From Octopus vulgaris (Eukaryota): a DNA stretch of 64,000 nt. Where the stretch lies: positions 5,332,001-5,396,000 of the forward strand of contig OX597826.1 in the NCBI GenBank assembly GCA_951406725.2, in the 5' to 3' direction. A model generated the notes under the pieces. The model had not been told where the DNA came from and did not search any database. It worked only from the letters and a program-made list of their open reading frames with translations. Shown here one piece after another: positions 1-14,525 of this stretch (position 1 is its first letter; each line of letters opens with the position of its first letter). A program made the position numbers and the translations under genes.

Positions 1-117
1 GGAAAGTGAGAGAGAATGAAGGAAAGAAAGGGAAAAAGAGGGGGATAGAGAAATAGTGAATAAGAAAGAAAGAAATCCATGCAGTCACACACACACATAC
101 ACACACATGTATGTATG

Positions 118-445
<328 letters not shown>

Positions 446-1339
446 ACATGATAGATACATGCATACATATATGCATACATACGTACACCCACACATACAT
501 AATACATAAAAACATACATACATACATACATACATATACACATACATATAATTCACTAGCAAAAATTGTGTTCGCGAATAGAGTAATATGAAGGCACTAT
601 AACTGCCTTCGCATTGTTCACAAAGCGTAGAATTATTTTATCTAGTGTGTATTTAAGCATCTTCCTTTTATTATTTTCGATTTTTTTTTCACTTCAAGAG
701 GTTCTTGCCCTTTTTATTCATATTCTATTTTATTCACATGAATGTACTTATTTAATATTTTTTGTTTCTTTATGTATATTTCATTGAGTTCTACTGATGA
801 AATATACAAAATAACAAGTGCCAGATCTGGTCAGAGTAATTTAAGGAGATATAATATGTGCCTATTTGGTTCCTGCCACTTTCTTCACGATATTAATATG
901 TAAGGTAAAGCAGGAACCCATGAATATCTCTGTGTTATTTTCTTTTACGCGTTGCTATATTTGATAGCCAATTGTGGATATAACCATATGAAAAGAAAAA
1001 AAATTCTTATATTGTTTTGTCTTTCCTTTCTTCTTGTCGAAAATCTTTCAAACTGTTTCGTTTAAACGAATGTGTTAATATGTTGTATACCATTCCGTTG
1101 AAGATGTATATATGCATACACATACGTACATATATATTTGTACATACATAAAGATTTTATACATACATGCATACATACACAAACACACACACACAAAAGC
1201 ACAGAGACACACACAAACACATATACGCACACGCGAGCACACACATTCATATACGTATACGTAAAGTGAAAGAAATAGATACGCAGTTAGAATGTTACAT
1301 ATACACAGGCACACACAGACACACACACATACACACGCA

Positions 1340-1401
<62 letters not shown>

Positions 1402-1781
1402 CAGAAACATAGATAGATAGATAGATAGACTGACACTTAGGCAGCCAGAGAAGTAGATAGATATAGAGACATGCAGACAGACAAACTGGTAAAGAAGGGG
1501 ATAGATATATAGGTAGATAGAAAGATAGATAGATAGATATATGGATAGATAGTTGAAATATTGCTTTGTTGCAGATCTTAAAATCTTGTAACGAGTTAAA
1601 CTATTTTCCAGTGATGTTCCCCAAGAATGATGGCAGTTAACCTTCTGTGGAAATTTTTTTGTAACGTTGAAGTGAGTTGCTACGGATGGCCATGGTACCA
1701 CATTCTTCGAAACTACGCAACATTTCCATGATACAGTCATATTTTTCTATCTCCGCCTCACCGTATCTCCTTTCTCTATGA

Positions 1782-1837
<56 letters not shown>

Positions 1838-1927
1838 TTATCTACTTATCTATCAATCTATCTCTATAGATAGATATATACACACCTATATTTGTATACA
1901 TACGCATGTATGTATGTATTCTCCGTT

Positions 1928-1941
1928 TATTATTATTATTA

Positions 1942-2000
<59 letters not shown>

Positions 2001-2008
2001 CATCATCA
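1928..2008. repeat. (ATT)n microsatellite
   Basis: Direct reading of the sequence. Confidence 0.97.
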
Positions 2009-2676
2009 TATATACACGAGTGAATAGACAAACGAAAGAAGGGCACTTTGCCAATTTATTGGGAGGTACATGTTTGGAACAAAACAGTTTGATTCAAATT
2101 CATTGGTACTCTTGAGTTTCAAGTGTTATGCTTGTCGTCAACCATTTTGAATTTGAATGACAGAAGATGAGTGTGTAGTTTCTTAATCAAAACAGTGCCT
2201 ATATTGACATCATGAGAATTTATGAAATATTGAGTGAACGTAAAACAATTCTATTTTTTTGGCAGTGGTATTCGGATCACAGGAAGTTATAGGATGTAAA
2301 TATTGGGTTGGAAAACTATTTTGTATAGAAACATTCAAGGCTGCTCCTGGGATTGAATTCCACCACATCTGTAAACAAGAGAGACGTTCTCTCATTGGTT
2401 CGCAGCAATCTTTCATATCTCTCTATCTATTTTTATAATTTTATTCAACGAGGGCTGTATGTTTTTGACGTCATTAGAATTTATAATGTTTCGGAAGAAC
2501 GTGAACTAATTCTGTATTGAAAGAGACTACATTGAACGATATACAGCGATACATAATAGCATGTGTTTAATGGGTTGAAAAATACTTTTGAATATAAAGA
2601 TTCGAAGGCTGTCCGTGGGACTCGAACTGACATCCCTAGTTATGTTACGCATACTCCAAATATAAGTGGCAAGTAT

Positions 2677-3063
2677 GGAAGCACTCCGTCGGTTACGACG
2701 ACGAGGGTTCCGGTTGATCCGAATCAACGGAACAGCCTGCTCGTGAAATTAACGTGTAAGTGGCTGAGCACTCCACAGACACGTGTACCCTTAACGTAGT
2801 TCTCGGGGATATTCAGCGTGACACAGAGAGTGACAAGGCCGGCCCTTTGAAATACAGGTACAACAGAAACAGGAAGTAAGAGTGAGAGAAAGTTGGGGCG
2901 AAAGAGTACAGCAGGGATCACCACCATCCCCTGCCGGAGCCTCGTGGAGCTGTTTTAGGTGTTTTCGCTCAATAAACACTCACAACGCCCGGTCTGGGAA
3001 TCGAAACCGCGATCCTGCGACCGCGAGTCCGCTGCCCTAACCACTGAGCCATTGCACCTCCAC
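2677..3063 (-). mobile_element. tRNA-derived SINE, family C (tail type 1), full length
   Basis: Minus strand starts TGTGGAGGTGCAATGGCTCAGTGGTTAGG (A box) then GGTTTCGATTCCC (B box). Perfect 12-bp TSD AGTGGCAAGTAT at 2665-2676 and 3064-3075. Head and core are shared with the copies at 15497 and 26457. Confidence 0.92.
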
Positions 3064-3214
3064 AGTGGCAAGTATAATATTGCAAAACTGCGTACAGAAA
3101 TTCGAAGGTCTGGTTTGGTTCGCCGGTAAAACACCTGCAACATTTGTGAGAGATCTGGTTTCATGCTCTACGTCCAATATTCTCCTTTTTCACTCCAATA
3201 TTTACGCGCTGTGA

Positions 3215-3395
3215 GGCGGCGAACTGGCAGAATCGTTACTGCGCCGGACAAAATGCTTAGTGATATTTCTTCACGTTCTCTGTTCATATTCTGCCGGTGT
3301 TTATTGTTTCCTTTCATCCTTAAGGAGGCGATAAAATAAGTACCTGCTGAACACTGGTGTCGATTACATCAATTTATTCTTTCCTCCGCACTTGT
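3215..3395 (+). mobile_element. SINE family A (tRNA head plus Meta/Sauria-like central domain), degenerate
   Basis: GGCGGCGAACTGGCAGAATCGTTA head and CCTTTCATCCTT...GATAAAATAAGTACC central domain, as in the other family A copies. Confidence 0.85.
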
Positions 3396-3720
3396 TTTCG
3401 TGTTAAAATTCAAATTCAATACTTGTTATTATTTTTTTTTGTACTTATGACTTTATGCGTTTCGAGATGCACAGTTCCATAAATGAATTATATGTTTTGT
3501 TTATGTATGTGAGTCAGTGTGGAAGCGTTGGAAGTTCCGCAGGGTATGCGTTCCATAAAATGCTTTTTATTAAATTGGTTTATATTCGACGTGAGAGTGC
3601 CAAGAGAAAGTAACTTTTAATGGCTATTCCTTTGTAAGTAGACTAAGTACCTATTACAAGGACACGAGATTTACTGGAAACACTCTTGACACTTTGTTCA
3701 AATTACACATTATATTCTTA

Positions 3721-3753
<33 letters not shown>

Positions 3754-3809
3754 CATATGCATACATATATTTCTATATCTATCTATATATACATACATAC
3801 ATACATACA

Positions 3810-3842
<33 letters not shown>

Positions 3843-3889
3843 GTATATATATATATATTGGTGCACGGAACATGAGCGGGCCTATGGCT

Positions 3890-5376
3890 TTTAGAACGTT
3901 TATAAACCCAGACCGGTAAGAATGAAAGTAGAAGAATATAAAGAACTGCCCAAAAAAATTAAATAAAAACTTTTATAGGAAACAAATTCTAAAATCTACG
4001 ACGCGATTTACCAAAATATTCCTTCACAATAGGATGAGGAAGCCTTCATTTGATTAGACAACCGAGTAGAAGAATGCGGATCCAAGGATGAAAACTGAAA
4101 TTGTGATGTAGAAATAGTACGTGCTTGACAAAAATAACGACTTTACAGGAACAATTACTATCAAATTACCAATATACAATACGTAACAGAAATTACACTA
4201 CAAGAAGTGAAGGATACGGTATACAGAATTAGACAACACAGTACCAGTTGTCTTTAAACCCAAGCATGCAATACAATCCTTTCTACTTACTACTTTTACT
4301 AAAATGTACGCACAGAGCAAAGATTAAGCCCTTGGCATACTATACGTTTTTTTTTTTAAAGGCAAGATGTTAGGATTTTAACTAGTAGAGTGTCTTATAT
4401 CATTGTTCTACTTGAGAAAAACTAACGGGTATTAAGCAGAAACAGCAAATTTGTATTCTGCTTTTAGCAAAGAAACAAGTATTATTTCAAAATGTTTTAA
4501 AAAATTTAAGAAATAGCAGAGCACAAAAGCTAATAAAATTCTTCCTGTGAAAATACTTAAAATAGTTAATAACTTGTTTTATAACAGAAATAACAAGACT
4601 ACATGAAGGAGTCCTAACTCGTAAATATTCCACGAGATCGATGACATCACAACAAATAAAAATATTTAAAAACATTGAGTTATTTAACGAAGTTAAAGTT
4701 AGAGATCGCAAAATGTCAGAGACAAGCTCCAAGTCGACCAGCAAAAGGAAGGAAAGAAACCCTTTCACTACAAGAACAAACCAATTTGAATCGCCAGGAG
4801 CCAAATTTCTTTTTCTAACCTGAATTTAACGCCGTAATAACTAAACAACATACAGAAATTGACGATGTTGAAGCATTCAGTAACAATCTAGTAAAAACTC
4901 TTACTGATTTAGCTGAAGGCTGCAGCGAAACACATGATCAAAAAAGTAACAATATTAACTTAGTAAACTCTAGATCTGATGAAGAAACAAAAAAGTAAAG
5001 AAAAACCGAAAACTCCAATTAAACTTAACTAGAGAAAAGGTAGAACGGAAGAAATGTGTTAACAGAGAAATCGAATGCAATCAGAATACATTTGAAATTA
5101 CATCATGGAAACAGGTTAACAATGTAAATTATTTAAAAGTTTTCAAAAAATGAAATAGACTAAATGGAAACGCAAATGGCAGCATTAAAAGAATGCAGAA
5201 CCAAGGCTGAAAGCTGAAATAGTGATGTAGAAATAGTACGTGTTTGACAAAATAACGACCTTACAGGGAAAATATTATGAAATTATCATTACACAATATG
5301 TAACAGAAATTACACTACAAGAAGTGAGGGATACGGTATACAGAATTAGACAACACAGTACCAAATGTCTGTAAAC
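3890..5376 (+). mobile_element. Decayed RTE-like LINE fragments (APE C-terminus and pre-RT region)
   Basis: About 4600-4720 translates T*RSPNS*IFHEIDDI...IELFNEVKVRDRKM, resembling the RTE endonuclease TWRSPN..EIDYI..SDHRMV. VTEITLQEVKDTV resembles the pre-RT IT..EV..A motif. Many stops and frameshifts; the outer boundaries are approximate. Confidence 0.55.
4071..5376 (+). repeat. About 190-bp dispersed direct repeat (4071-4259 and 5190-5376)
   Basis: Both copies read AGAATGC..CCAAGG.TGAAA.CTGAAAT.GTGATGTAGAAATAGTACGTG...GTAACAGAAATTACACTACAAGAAGTGA.GGATACGGTATACAGAATTAGACAACACAGTACCA. Confidence 0.95.
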
Positions 5377-6217
5377 GTACAGTGTAAGGCAATGTTAAAG
5401 CACCTTGCCAAGTTTTTTGCTGCTCGCCTCAAGGGTGGTAAAATGCATAAATCTTGTCACGAATTAAAACTCTACTGTACAAAAGAGCAAAGATTTGGAG
5501 AGCAACGATTGATTTATAAGCATTCTAATGGCTATACACAAGTTCTATGCGCCGATCCTAACGAATGGAACTGGCAAAAAATCGGACGAAAATTCTCGTA
5601 TGAACATGTTGGTTTTCTCAGTGTTTTTTTTTTTTATTTTTCCATCATTCTTCACGTACGCGCCATCAATACTTGATCGAAAAATCGACAGGATATTACA
5701 CCTCAATCTTTGCAAGCTATAAAAATGCGTTTGTACTTGTTGAAATACCACCCCTAATGACAGTCTATCACATCATTCATCATGCAACTACTACAACTAA
5801 ATGAGTGGGTAAATAACCATTGCAGCATGACAGCAAATATTATTCTTTAAATGTAGGTTGAGAGACTGTTCTCAGTTGTTTTAGCGCTCCAAGATTAAGC
5901 ATTTTCTGTTGTACTCTTCTAGTTCATACTGATGTATGCGTAGACATGTACAGCCCAAACGAACGTATGTACAAACGCATACACCTACATAAATGTACAC
6001 ACAGAACATAAGTACATATACATATGTACTTGCACATTGATAGAGAAATATGCATACAAAACAGATTTATACACATACATGGATATACACATACACACTC
6101 ATATTTGTGTGTATCGTGTGTGTGTGTGTGTGTGTGTGTTTGAGTGTGTGGACGTGCACAAGTATGACTATTATCTACGTGGAAGAATCTACTTATGATG
6201 CATTACTTTTTCGGTTA

Positions 6218-6623
6218 AAGTGGCGAGCTTGGCAGAAACGTTAGCACGCCGGACGAAATGCTTTGTGGTATTTCGTCCGCCGCTGCGTTCTGAGTTCAAA
6301 TTCCGCCGAGGTGCACTTTACCTTTTGTCCATTCGGGTTCGATTAAATAAGGACTAGTTACGCACTGCGATCGATCTAATCGGCTTAATCCGTTTGTCTG
6401 TCCTTGTTTATCTCCTCTGTGTGTAGCCCCTTGTGGGTAGTAAAGAAATAGGTATTTCGTTCTGCCGCTACGTTTTGAGTTCAAATTCCGCCGTGGTCGA
6501 CTTTGCCTTTCGTCCTTTCGGAGTCGGTAAATTAAGCACCAGTTGCGTACTGGGGGTCGATGTAATCCACTTACCCCTCCCCACAAATATCAGGCCTTGT
6601 GCTTACAGCAGGAAAGATTATTC
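6218..6623 (+). mobile_element. SINE family A, dimeric form
   Basis: A box TGGCAGAAACGTTAG and B box GAGTTCAAATTCC. The B box plus central domain occur twice. TSD TTTTCGGTTA at 6208-6217 and 6624-6633. Confidence 0.92.
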
Positions 6624-6747
6624 TTTTCGGTTATATGTAAATCTCGCACTCCACAAAACATTGTAAGTTTTCACAAAATATGCCAAAAATGATCTCTTTT
6701 TCAATGACAATATTTATTGGCTATGATGTAAGCATAAGTAGTGAATA

Positions 6748-6960
6748 TTGGTTTCAAATTTTGGTACAAGGCCAGCTATTTCGAGGGTAAGCCGATTAGA
6801 TCTAACCATTCGCTCCCAGGGCTTAGCTGATACTTATTTTATCAAATACCCAAAGAACGAAAGGGCAAAATCGGCAGAATTTGAACTCAGAACCTAAAAC
6901 GGTGAAATGCTACTGAGCATTTTACCCGGCGTGCTAAAGGCTCTGTCAGTTGGCCGCCTT
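6748..6960 (-). mobile_element. SINE family A, degenerate
   Basis: Plus strand shows CGGCAGAATTTGAACTCAGAAC...GGCGTGCTAA...GCCGCCTT, the reverse complement of the family A head. Confidence 0.85.
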
Positions 6961-7001
6961 ATAAGAGTACTGAATATTGTAGTACTAATGTCTATAGAGG
7001 A

Positions 7002-7215
7002 AGGCAGCTAGCTGGCAAAAACGTTAGCATGCCGGGCGAAATGTTTAGCGGTATTTCGTCTTTACGATTTGTGTTCAAATTCCGCTGAGGTTGACTTTGC
7101 CTTTCATTCATTTAGTATCCATAAATTAAGTACCAGTTGTATACCGAGATCGATCTAATCCTCTGGGCCCCCTCCCTCGAAATTTCGGGTCTTATGCCTA
7201 GAGTAGAAAAAGAAT
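7002..7215 (+). mobile_element. SINE family A, monomer
   Basis: GCTGGCAAAAACGTTAGCATGCCGGGCGAAATG...GTTCAAATTCCGCTGAGGTTGACTTTGCCTTTCAT...GCCTAGAGTAGAAAAAGAAT. Confidence 0.9.
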
Positions 7216-8339
7216 GATGCTTAGAGAGGATTCGTATTTCCTTTTCCAGGTAAATGAAACAGCTGAATACAGGTATTTAAAATTGATACAATATCATCTT
7301 TCTATCTGGCTCGCTTTTTATGTTACTTGTGAATAGTAACGCACTAGCGTTTTCTAGCATTTAGTACTTAGTACTATAACAGTGTAATTATTTTTTAGTG
7401 TTTGGAATTAGGATTAGTTAGAAAGACAATATACGTAGAGAAACAATTTTAAATATCAATAAATCGAGCCATTATATTAGTGATATTAATTTTACAGTGA
7501 TTTAAATTAATTAAGGACCAGTTCTATCATGCTTGACTAGTAGAAGATTTAATAAATTGTGTCTACAGTTTGTCCTTGTTTAGATGTAAATTAACTTTAA
7601 CAGAACAAATCTATCATCAAAGATATTACATGTATGACGTTCCGGCACATTTTATTTTACCTGGAAGATTATTTAAAGAAGACCTCATAATTTAAGGTGC
7701 GTATATATCTTGTCTATGTGTTTTAAGATAGCACTGTCATTCTTAGCAGATTCAGCAGCTATTTCTAGTAGTTTATTGGTTCGTGATGTGTTAGAATGTT
7801 ATGAGTTGACAGCGAAACAAGTTTGGGAATGTTTCTGCAGCTTATCAACTACTGCCTGTTGTTTTTCCTTTTTTTAATTAAGACTTGGCGAAAAAAAATC
7901 AATATTCATATAACAATGAAAACACCATTAAATTGTTAGGCTTTTAATTTAATTTTCAGATCCTTTCTATCCTTATCAGATTAAAAAAGTCACTTTCGTG
8001 TTTCATTGAAATTCAGGAGCTGCTATTCAGAATTCCCATAAAAATCGATCCCTGGCGATGTTTTTGATTTCTATAAGTCAATAATCATCTCGTAATGGAA
8101 AATGGGTGAATGTAGGAAACAAGGGGAAGTTTAACTAGAAACTGATTTGTTGCTTAGTGATTTAAAAAGTTGCATATATACAATAAACATTCTATGATTC
8201 CCCCGTATGGGAACTAATATATAAATTGGGATTGTGGTTGAGAATGGGGGAGAAAGTCATCCTTTTTAGGGCAGAAGACAATTGTGAAGTTTGATGCTTC
8301 GCAATTTAATGATAATAAAAGAGTATGAAACAATCAAGT

Positions 8340-8600
8340 CGAAAGAAATAGGAGCGATATTTCTCTTAAATCACATCCAGTGCCTTTAAAACAAAAGCGA
8401 ACGTATTGAGATGCAAGGTCAGGTTGAAACACTTTAGATCGTAAGCTTAATCGATGATCAAGTTTGAATTTTGACTACACAACAGCAACAAAAAGAACGT
8501 CAGTAACAAATTATATTTCCATAAAAATCACGTGTTGCTCAAACAAATAGAAATGGCAGCCATATTTTCCTTAAATCATCTTTACCGTATTTACTGAGGT
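8340..8600 (+). mobile_element. Old degenerate interspersed repeat (family D), two adjacent pieces
   Basis: AGAAATAGGAGCGATATTTCTCTTAAATCACATCC (8344) and TAGAAATGGCAGCCATATTTTCCTTAAATCATCTTTACC (8548) share a motif also seen at 21000-21835. The first unit ends in ACAACAGCAAC. Confidence 0.5.
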
Positions 8601-9238
8601 GGTAGGTTCTGATTAATTTTGCTTGAAGAAATAAAGAAAAGAACCAAAATAAATGGAATTTGATCTGCAGTGCGTCCGAAATTTCCCCGATCACAGATTC
8701 GACAACTTGATATATATTTTGGTCTTTGTTCCACAAGATTTTAAAAAAGGCTTTTCGCATATCGGTGGTGATTAGTTATTGTAGAGTAATCTGGTTTACC
8801 TCTGTATTGTTTAAATTGCTTGATACGTGCGGAAACAAGTTCTTTTAATAACACTTGTGTAACTGTTGCTACTACTCCTAAGCTTACTCTAGCCTTTGAG
8901 GTAGTACATGTGAAGACTACTAATTCTTGGGTAAACAGCAAAGCATACAAAACCGTTGAAGAGTTCGTCCAAAAACAAGAATCGTTCAAGCGCACTATCG
9001 TCTGCACGTGCCCTGTTATCACATAGGTTAGCTAGTACGCGTGCGCAATAATTAAATAGGGCCTCACTTTTCAGGATGAGTGTGAGGAATGAATAATCTG
9101 TAATTATATCGGTAAAAGTGAACGAAGAAATCCTGCTGTGTATAAACCAGATACCCGTAGTCAGATGCAAAAAAGAGAGCGATTAAATTGGTATAAATTA
9201 TTCATATATTTTAAAATATTATCTTTAATTGGTTTTAC

Positions 9239-9360
9239 AAGGTGGCGAGCTGACAGAACCGTTACCACTCCAAGTAAAATGCTTAGCAGCATTTCCTCCG
9301 TCTTTGCGTTCAAATTCCGCCGAGGTTAACTTTGTCTTTAATCTTTTTGGCTTCGATGAA
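9239..9360 (+). mobile_element. SINE family A, 3'-truncated
   Basis: AAGGTGGCGAGCTGACAGAACCGTTA...GTTCAAATTCCGCCGAGGTTAACTTTG. Confidence 0.85.
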
Positions 9361-9483
9361 ATGATATAATCTTTTTTCTAACAGTTATTTTAGAGAGTAA
9401 ACCATTCATTTTCAAAAATTTTAATGTACCAGGGGGCCAAATCAAATTGTCTTTCCCGCTCATAACTCATATCTCTCTCCCCG

Positions 9484-9551
<68 letters not shown>

Positions 9552-9611
9552 ATATATATCTGTCTCTCTCTCGTTCTCTTGTTCTTTCTCTCTCTCCCCC
9601 TCTCTCTCTCT

Positions 9612-9659
<48 letters not shown>

Positions 9660-11145
9660 CGTGCCTCTCTGTTACTGGAAAAATCATTCTATATTTTCTG
9701 CTCTGTTGGTTATTGATTTGTACATCTCACTGAAATGGAAATAGATTTTGATTTAAATTGCTTAAAACTTCACCAATAGAAGAATATTATTACAGGTAGT
9801 TTGTATCTTCGACTGCTATTCATAGTGAAGCTTGTTTATATCCTTACGTAAAGATAAATATACTATTTTGTTATATTACCTGATTGGATTATCGAAATGT
9901 TTGTTGCAAAACAAGTATAGAAAGTTATGTAGATAGATCTATTCTATTATGAATTTGAGTTTATTGACATAGTTTTTCTTGTAAAAACCTTATATATAGG
10001 GCCCAAAAACTGAATGTAGTCATTTCAAGAAGAATTCACAGAGGTCGTCAGTTTCTTAATTTCGTTTAGTGTACATAGTGGAGATCATGAAAACAAAAAG
10101 CATTTTCAACCACACTAAGCTTTCTATGTTTCATCAAGATCCTAATGCAAGAGAAGAATCTAAAAATTCCACAAAGGCTTATGATTAAGCTTAAGTAAAT
10201 GAAGAAGCCTACAAAAACTGGTGTGAGAAACTCAGACGTAACAATTTCAGTTTCCTTGCTGAGCATAATGCTTACGTCCTTCCGAATTAAAGAACGAAAT
10301 GCTACTGCAACGATTAGAAAAACCCTGACGTGACACTGAAGCAGCTATCAACTGAAATGTGGTATTATGACCTTTGATGATCATTTGAAGAAGCTAGGCA
10401 ATGTTTGAAAGTGGAGAAAATAAAATTCTCAAGATTTTCGGCGCTATATTTTGTCAGCAAAATCTTGACTGATGGGAATCACTCCATAAACACCATGCAT
10501 CATTTCTGAATACAACCGTGACTTGATATGGGAAAAGGTATCTCTCATGTGTATTGGTTGAAGTATTCTAGCGACGGAGAAAACACTGTGCAGAATTTAG
10601 TTTCTCTTTTCTTTCAAATTTCAAACCAAGGCTCAATGAAACAATTTATTGCACGAAAAAATTCAAACATGTGTTCCAAAATGCCTTTATCGTATACGCT
10701 AGGCCTCGGCATTTCCTCTGTAGTATCAGACTGAAAAGGCAAGGATCTTACAATGTTTGTAGTTCAATGTTTGTAGTTTCTGTCATCGATGATAATTAAT
10801 GATTCCCTTAATACAATGATCAATATTTTACGAAAACCCGATACATTCGTATTATTATCATTTAACATGACAAACACGAGCTCGTGTTCGTGTCTCTTCT
10901 CAATTCGCATTTTCACCGAAGCAATAATGCTTGTATGTATACTCTTTTTCTAGGAGCTTAGTGTACTCTCTTCGTACGTTATTAATATTTTCGTTCTTTC
11001 GTCCACAGTTTGTGCACTTCTTCTCAGGTTGACTTTTATCACTCCCTCTTACCTTTATCAAAATTGTTACAGAAGCATTTCTTGAACAGCTATAATTAGA
11101 GATTCAGTGTATCTATTCATGTTTCGATTTATTCCTTTCCAATAT

Positions 11146-11230
11146 TCTTCTTCTTCTTCTTCTTCTTCTTCTTCTTCTTCTTCTTCTTCTTCTTCTTCTT
11201 CTTCTTCTTCTTCTTCTTCTTCGTCTTCTC
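11146..11230. repeat. (TCT)n microsatellite
   Basis: Direct reading of the sequence. Confidence 0.97.
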
Positions 11231-11537
11231 CTCATCCTTCTCCTCCTCCTCCTTTACCTCCTCCTCTATACTTCTCTTCTTTGTATATATTGTCTATTTT
11301 CATACCGTTCTCCAGCATATACCTCATTGTTATGTCCAACAACCATTCTATTTTTGCTACCTACGCCTTCGTTGCTGTTCCATAATAAATATTTTTATTG
11401 TAGACACTAACGACGCTCATTATAATAATATTCATACAGAGTGTAACAATATACGTACGTATACATACATACATGTTCTTGAATGCGCACATAAAAAAAT
11501 AGAACCATTTACACAAGTATGCTCATTCGTTTTCTAC

Positions 11538-11582
<45 letters not shown>

Positions 11583-11586
11583 TTAC

Positions 11587-11647
<61 letters not shown>

Positions 11648-11692
11648 ATACATACGGATATATATATATATATATATATATATGATATACAT

Positions 11693-11729
<37 letters not shown>

Positions 11730-11898
11730 TGTGTGTTCGTACACATTGTTCCTTTGAATATTTCATATATGTATTTTTATGGGTTTTTGATTACATGAAA
11801 ATATTTAGGTGTGAATGATCATGGATGTGTATAACACACACACACACACACACACAAATACACGCACACATATATATTTATATATTCATATATATATG

Positions 11899-11929
<31 letters not shown>

Positions 11930-11979
11930 GTATATATATATATGTCTACTTTCTATACGTCTCTGTATGTATACGTACA

Positions 11980-12024
<45 letters not shown>

Positions 12025-12605
12025 ATATATATGCATGTACGTATATATGCAGATACGTATAGAAAGCAGACACAGGCTTATATTCATAAATACATAAAAA
12101 TATCCGTTCGTACATAAATATATGCATGCAATTATTACATAGATGTATCCCTCTCTATATATGGATTATGTATGTGTGTTTGTGTCTGTGTGTGTGTGTT
12201 TGTGTGTGTGTGTGTGCATACACAAATGCATATATGTGTTTATAAACATATTTTTTTTTTATTATTCGGTAATACGGGCAACTTAGATTTAATGGTCCAT
12301 TCCAAGCTGTCATGAAAGTAATATTATTGATGTGTGACTTTAGTGTAGAGCGATGCTAATGTATCATTATCTTCTCCAGCAGCCCCTATTAATACCCGAG
12401 CAATGGTAGCTAGACATTCTATTTTATCTTTTATGATATCCTCGTGATTTATATCGCGATAACATCTTGCTCCATTTCATTCGTTGTTGTCTGTAGGTAC
12501 ATTTGCATGTATATTTATATATGCGTCGTGGTGTATCCGGGTGAGTACGTGCGTATAGACGGGTAGTGTGTATAAATATGCATGTATACTTTATAGAATA
12601 TATAT

Positions 12606-12682
<77 letters not shown>

Positions 12683-12952
12683 GTGCACATAAACAGACGC
12701 ACACAGACACATATATATGTATATATGTATATATATATGTATCTATGTATGTATGTATATATATATATATGGAGGTTTATATATTTCTACATACATATGT
12801 ATGTATGTGTATATATATATATAAATGTATGTATATATATATGTATATATATATGTATATATATATATATGTATGTATGTATGCATCTATCTATCTGTCT
12901 GTCTGTTTGTATATGTATGTGTGTACGTGTTGCGAGTGATCATGTGTGAGCA

Positions 12953-12988
<36 letters not shown>

Positions 12989-13131
12989 TATCCCTCTGTG
13001 TGTGTCTATGCTCGAAATTTTATATATATTTTCAATATGTGTATATATAAGTATAAATATCTTTAACATGCGCATCCATATATATATATGTATACGTATA
13101 CATATATACATACCTACATACCTACATACAC

Positions 13132-13182
<51 letters not shown>

Positions 13183-13466
13183 TCTGTATGTGTTTGCTTG
13201 TCGAATATTCCTCAACCTTTAATATATTTTTTTTTACTCTTGTGTGTCAAATATATTTGACGATCTTCTCTATATTTTCGCTGCAATTAAATATTTATGG
13301 AGCAAGCATTCCTTAATAGCATATTACCATTTCTACCATGAGAATGCTGAGTGTCCCTCATTAGTCGGTAAAATAACTTTTATATAACCAGACGTATTTA
13401 TACGGTCTTGCACCTGGTCGAACATGAATATATGTAGACATATAGCGTACACACAAGACCCAAACT

Positions 13467-13533
<67 letters not shown>

Positions 13534-14482
13534 CTTAGGACATTGCGTTATAAATAGCCCGGTATAGAACTCAATATAGGGTTGCTCCTAAAAGAAGCGT
13601 TAGTCGAGTGCAGAGCTGTGATAATAAAAGAGATGACGAAGGAATTTGCTATTATCTTATGAATTTCATTAGCTTACTGTCGTTTCCACATAAAATGTGG
13701 CGAAGTCATCGATGAGTGCCTGACTAACACCTTCGAGGTTCATCAGAGCCCGAAACGAGAAATGCATTTCATGTAAGAAGCTCTTAAAGAGAGAGAGAGG
13801 GAGGCAGACGGAAGACAGATAGACAGAGGGAGGAAGAGAGAAAGAGGGAGAGGGAAAGACAGAGAGAGAGAGAGAGAGGGAGAGAGAGAGAAAGCGCGAG
13901 AAAGAGAGAGAAAGAAAATGTGAGCGAAATTAAGATGTGAGAAATTATATTAACGTATGTACCTGCTTTTATACAGATGCACTAATACAAAGTGTCACCT
14001 ACATATGCTCCAATTTACACATCCACTCGCATAGATCTAGTAGCGAATTCACCCGCAAATAACATGATGTAATATACTGAATATACAGGGTTAAACACTG
14101 CTCGGGTGAAAAAGTTAAGTAACGTGAATAGCTCCAAGTGTTTCTTGAACAACGAAACACCTGAAAATATGACAGAAATTCTGCCAACATGAACAAAAGT
14201 TGGTAACACATCTCTCCTCTTAGGACTCACTTTAATGAATTTAGATTATTTCCTGTAACGAGCAAGAAAGTCAGTTTACATTAAGAATATTAATGTAAAT
14301 GTACATCTGACGTGGTTCGGCAAGATACGAATTTCCTGTCCAGCGGGTAACATTCGGGCTTCCATACGTCCAAGTTGGTTTTCAGTCAGTAAATTGTAGC
14401 AACTATTGTTTACAGTTATTTTCCCTTCGAACAACTCTGTGAATAATTCATTTACATATTTCTCGACGCCTTTACTCCCACA

Positions 14483-14525
<43 letters not shown>

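Noticed and set aside
1574-1671. Apparent exon flanked by TTTGTTGCAG and GTGAGT
   Set aside because: Stops occur in all three frames and there is no other support.
2990-3063. tRNA gene
   Set aside because: A and B boxes are present but the acceptor stem does not close. It is the head of a TSD-flanked SINE.
8539-9170. Overlapping non-repetitive ORFs; FNGFVCFAVYPRISSLHMYYL is faintly like GPCR TM1-TM2
   Set aside because: Short, interrupted by stops, no convincing splice pair, and the 3' part overlaps repeat family D. It would need a BLASTX hit.
13675-13760. Hammerhead-like fragments (minus CUGAUGAACC; CCACAU/AUGUGG-AAACGAC; plus CCCGAAACG)
   Set aside because: Core halves do not flank a common stem II, and there is no UH site or stem I.
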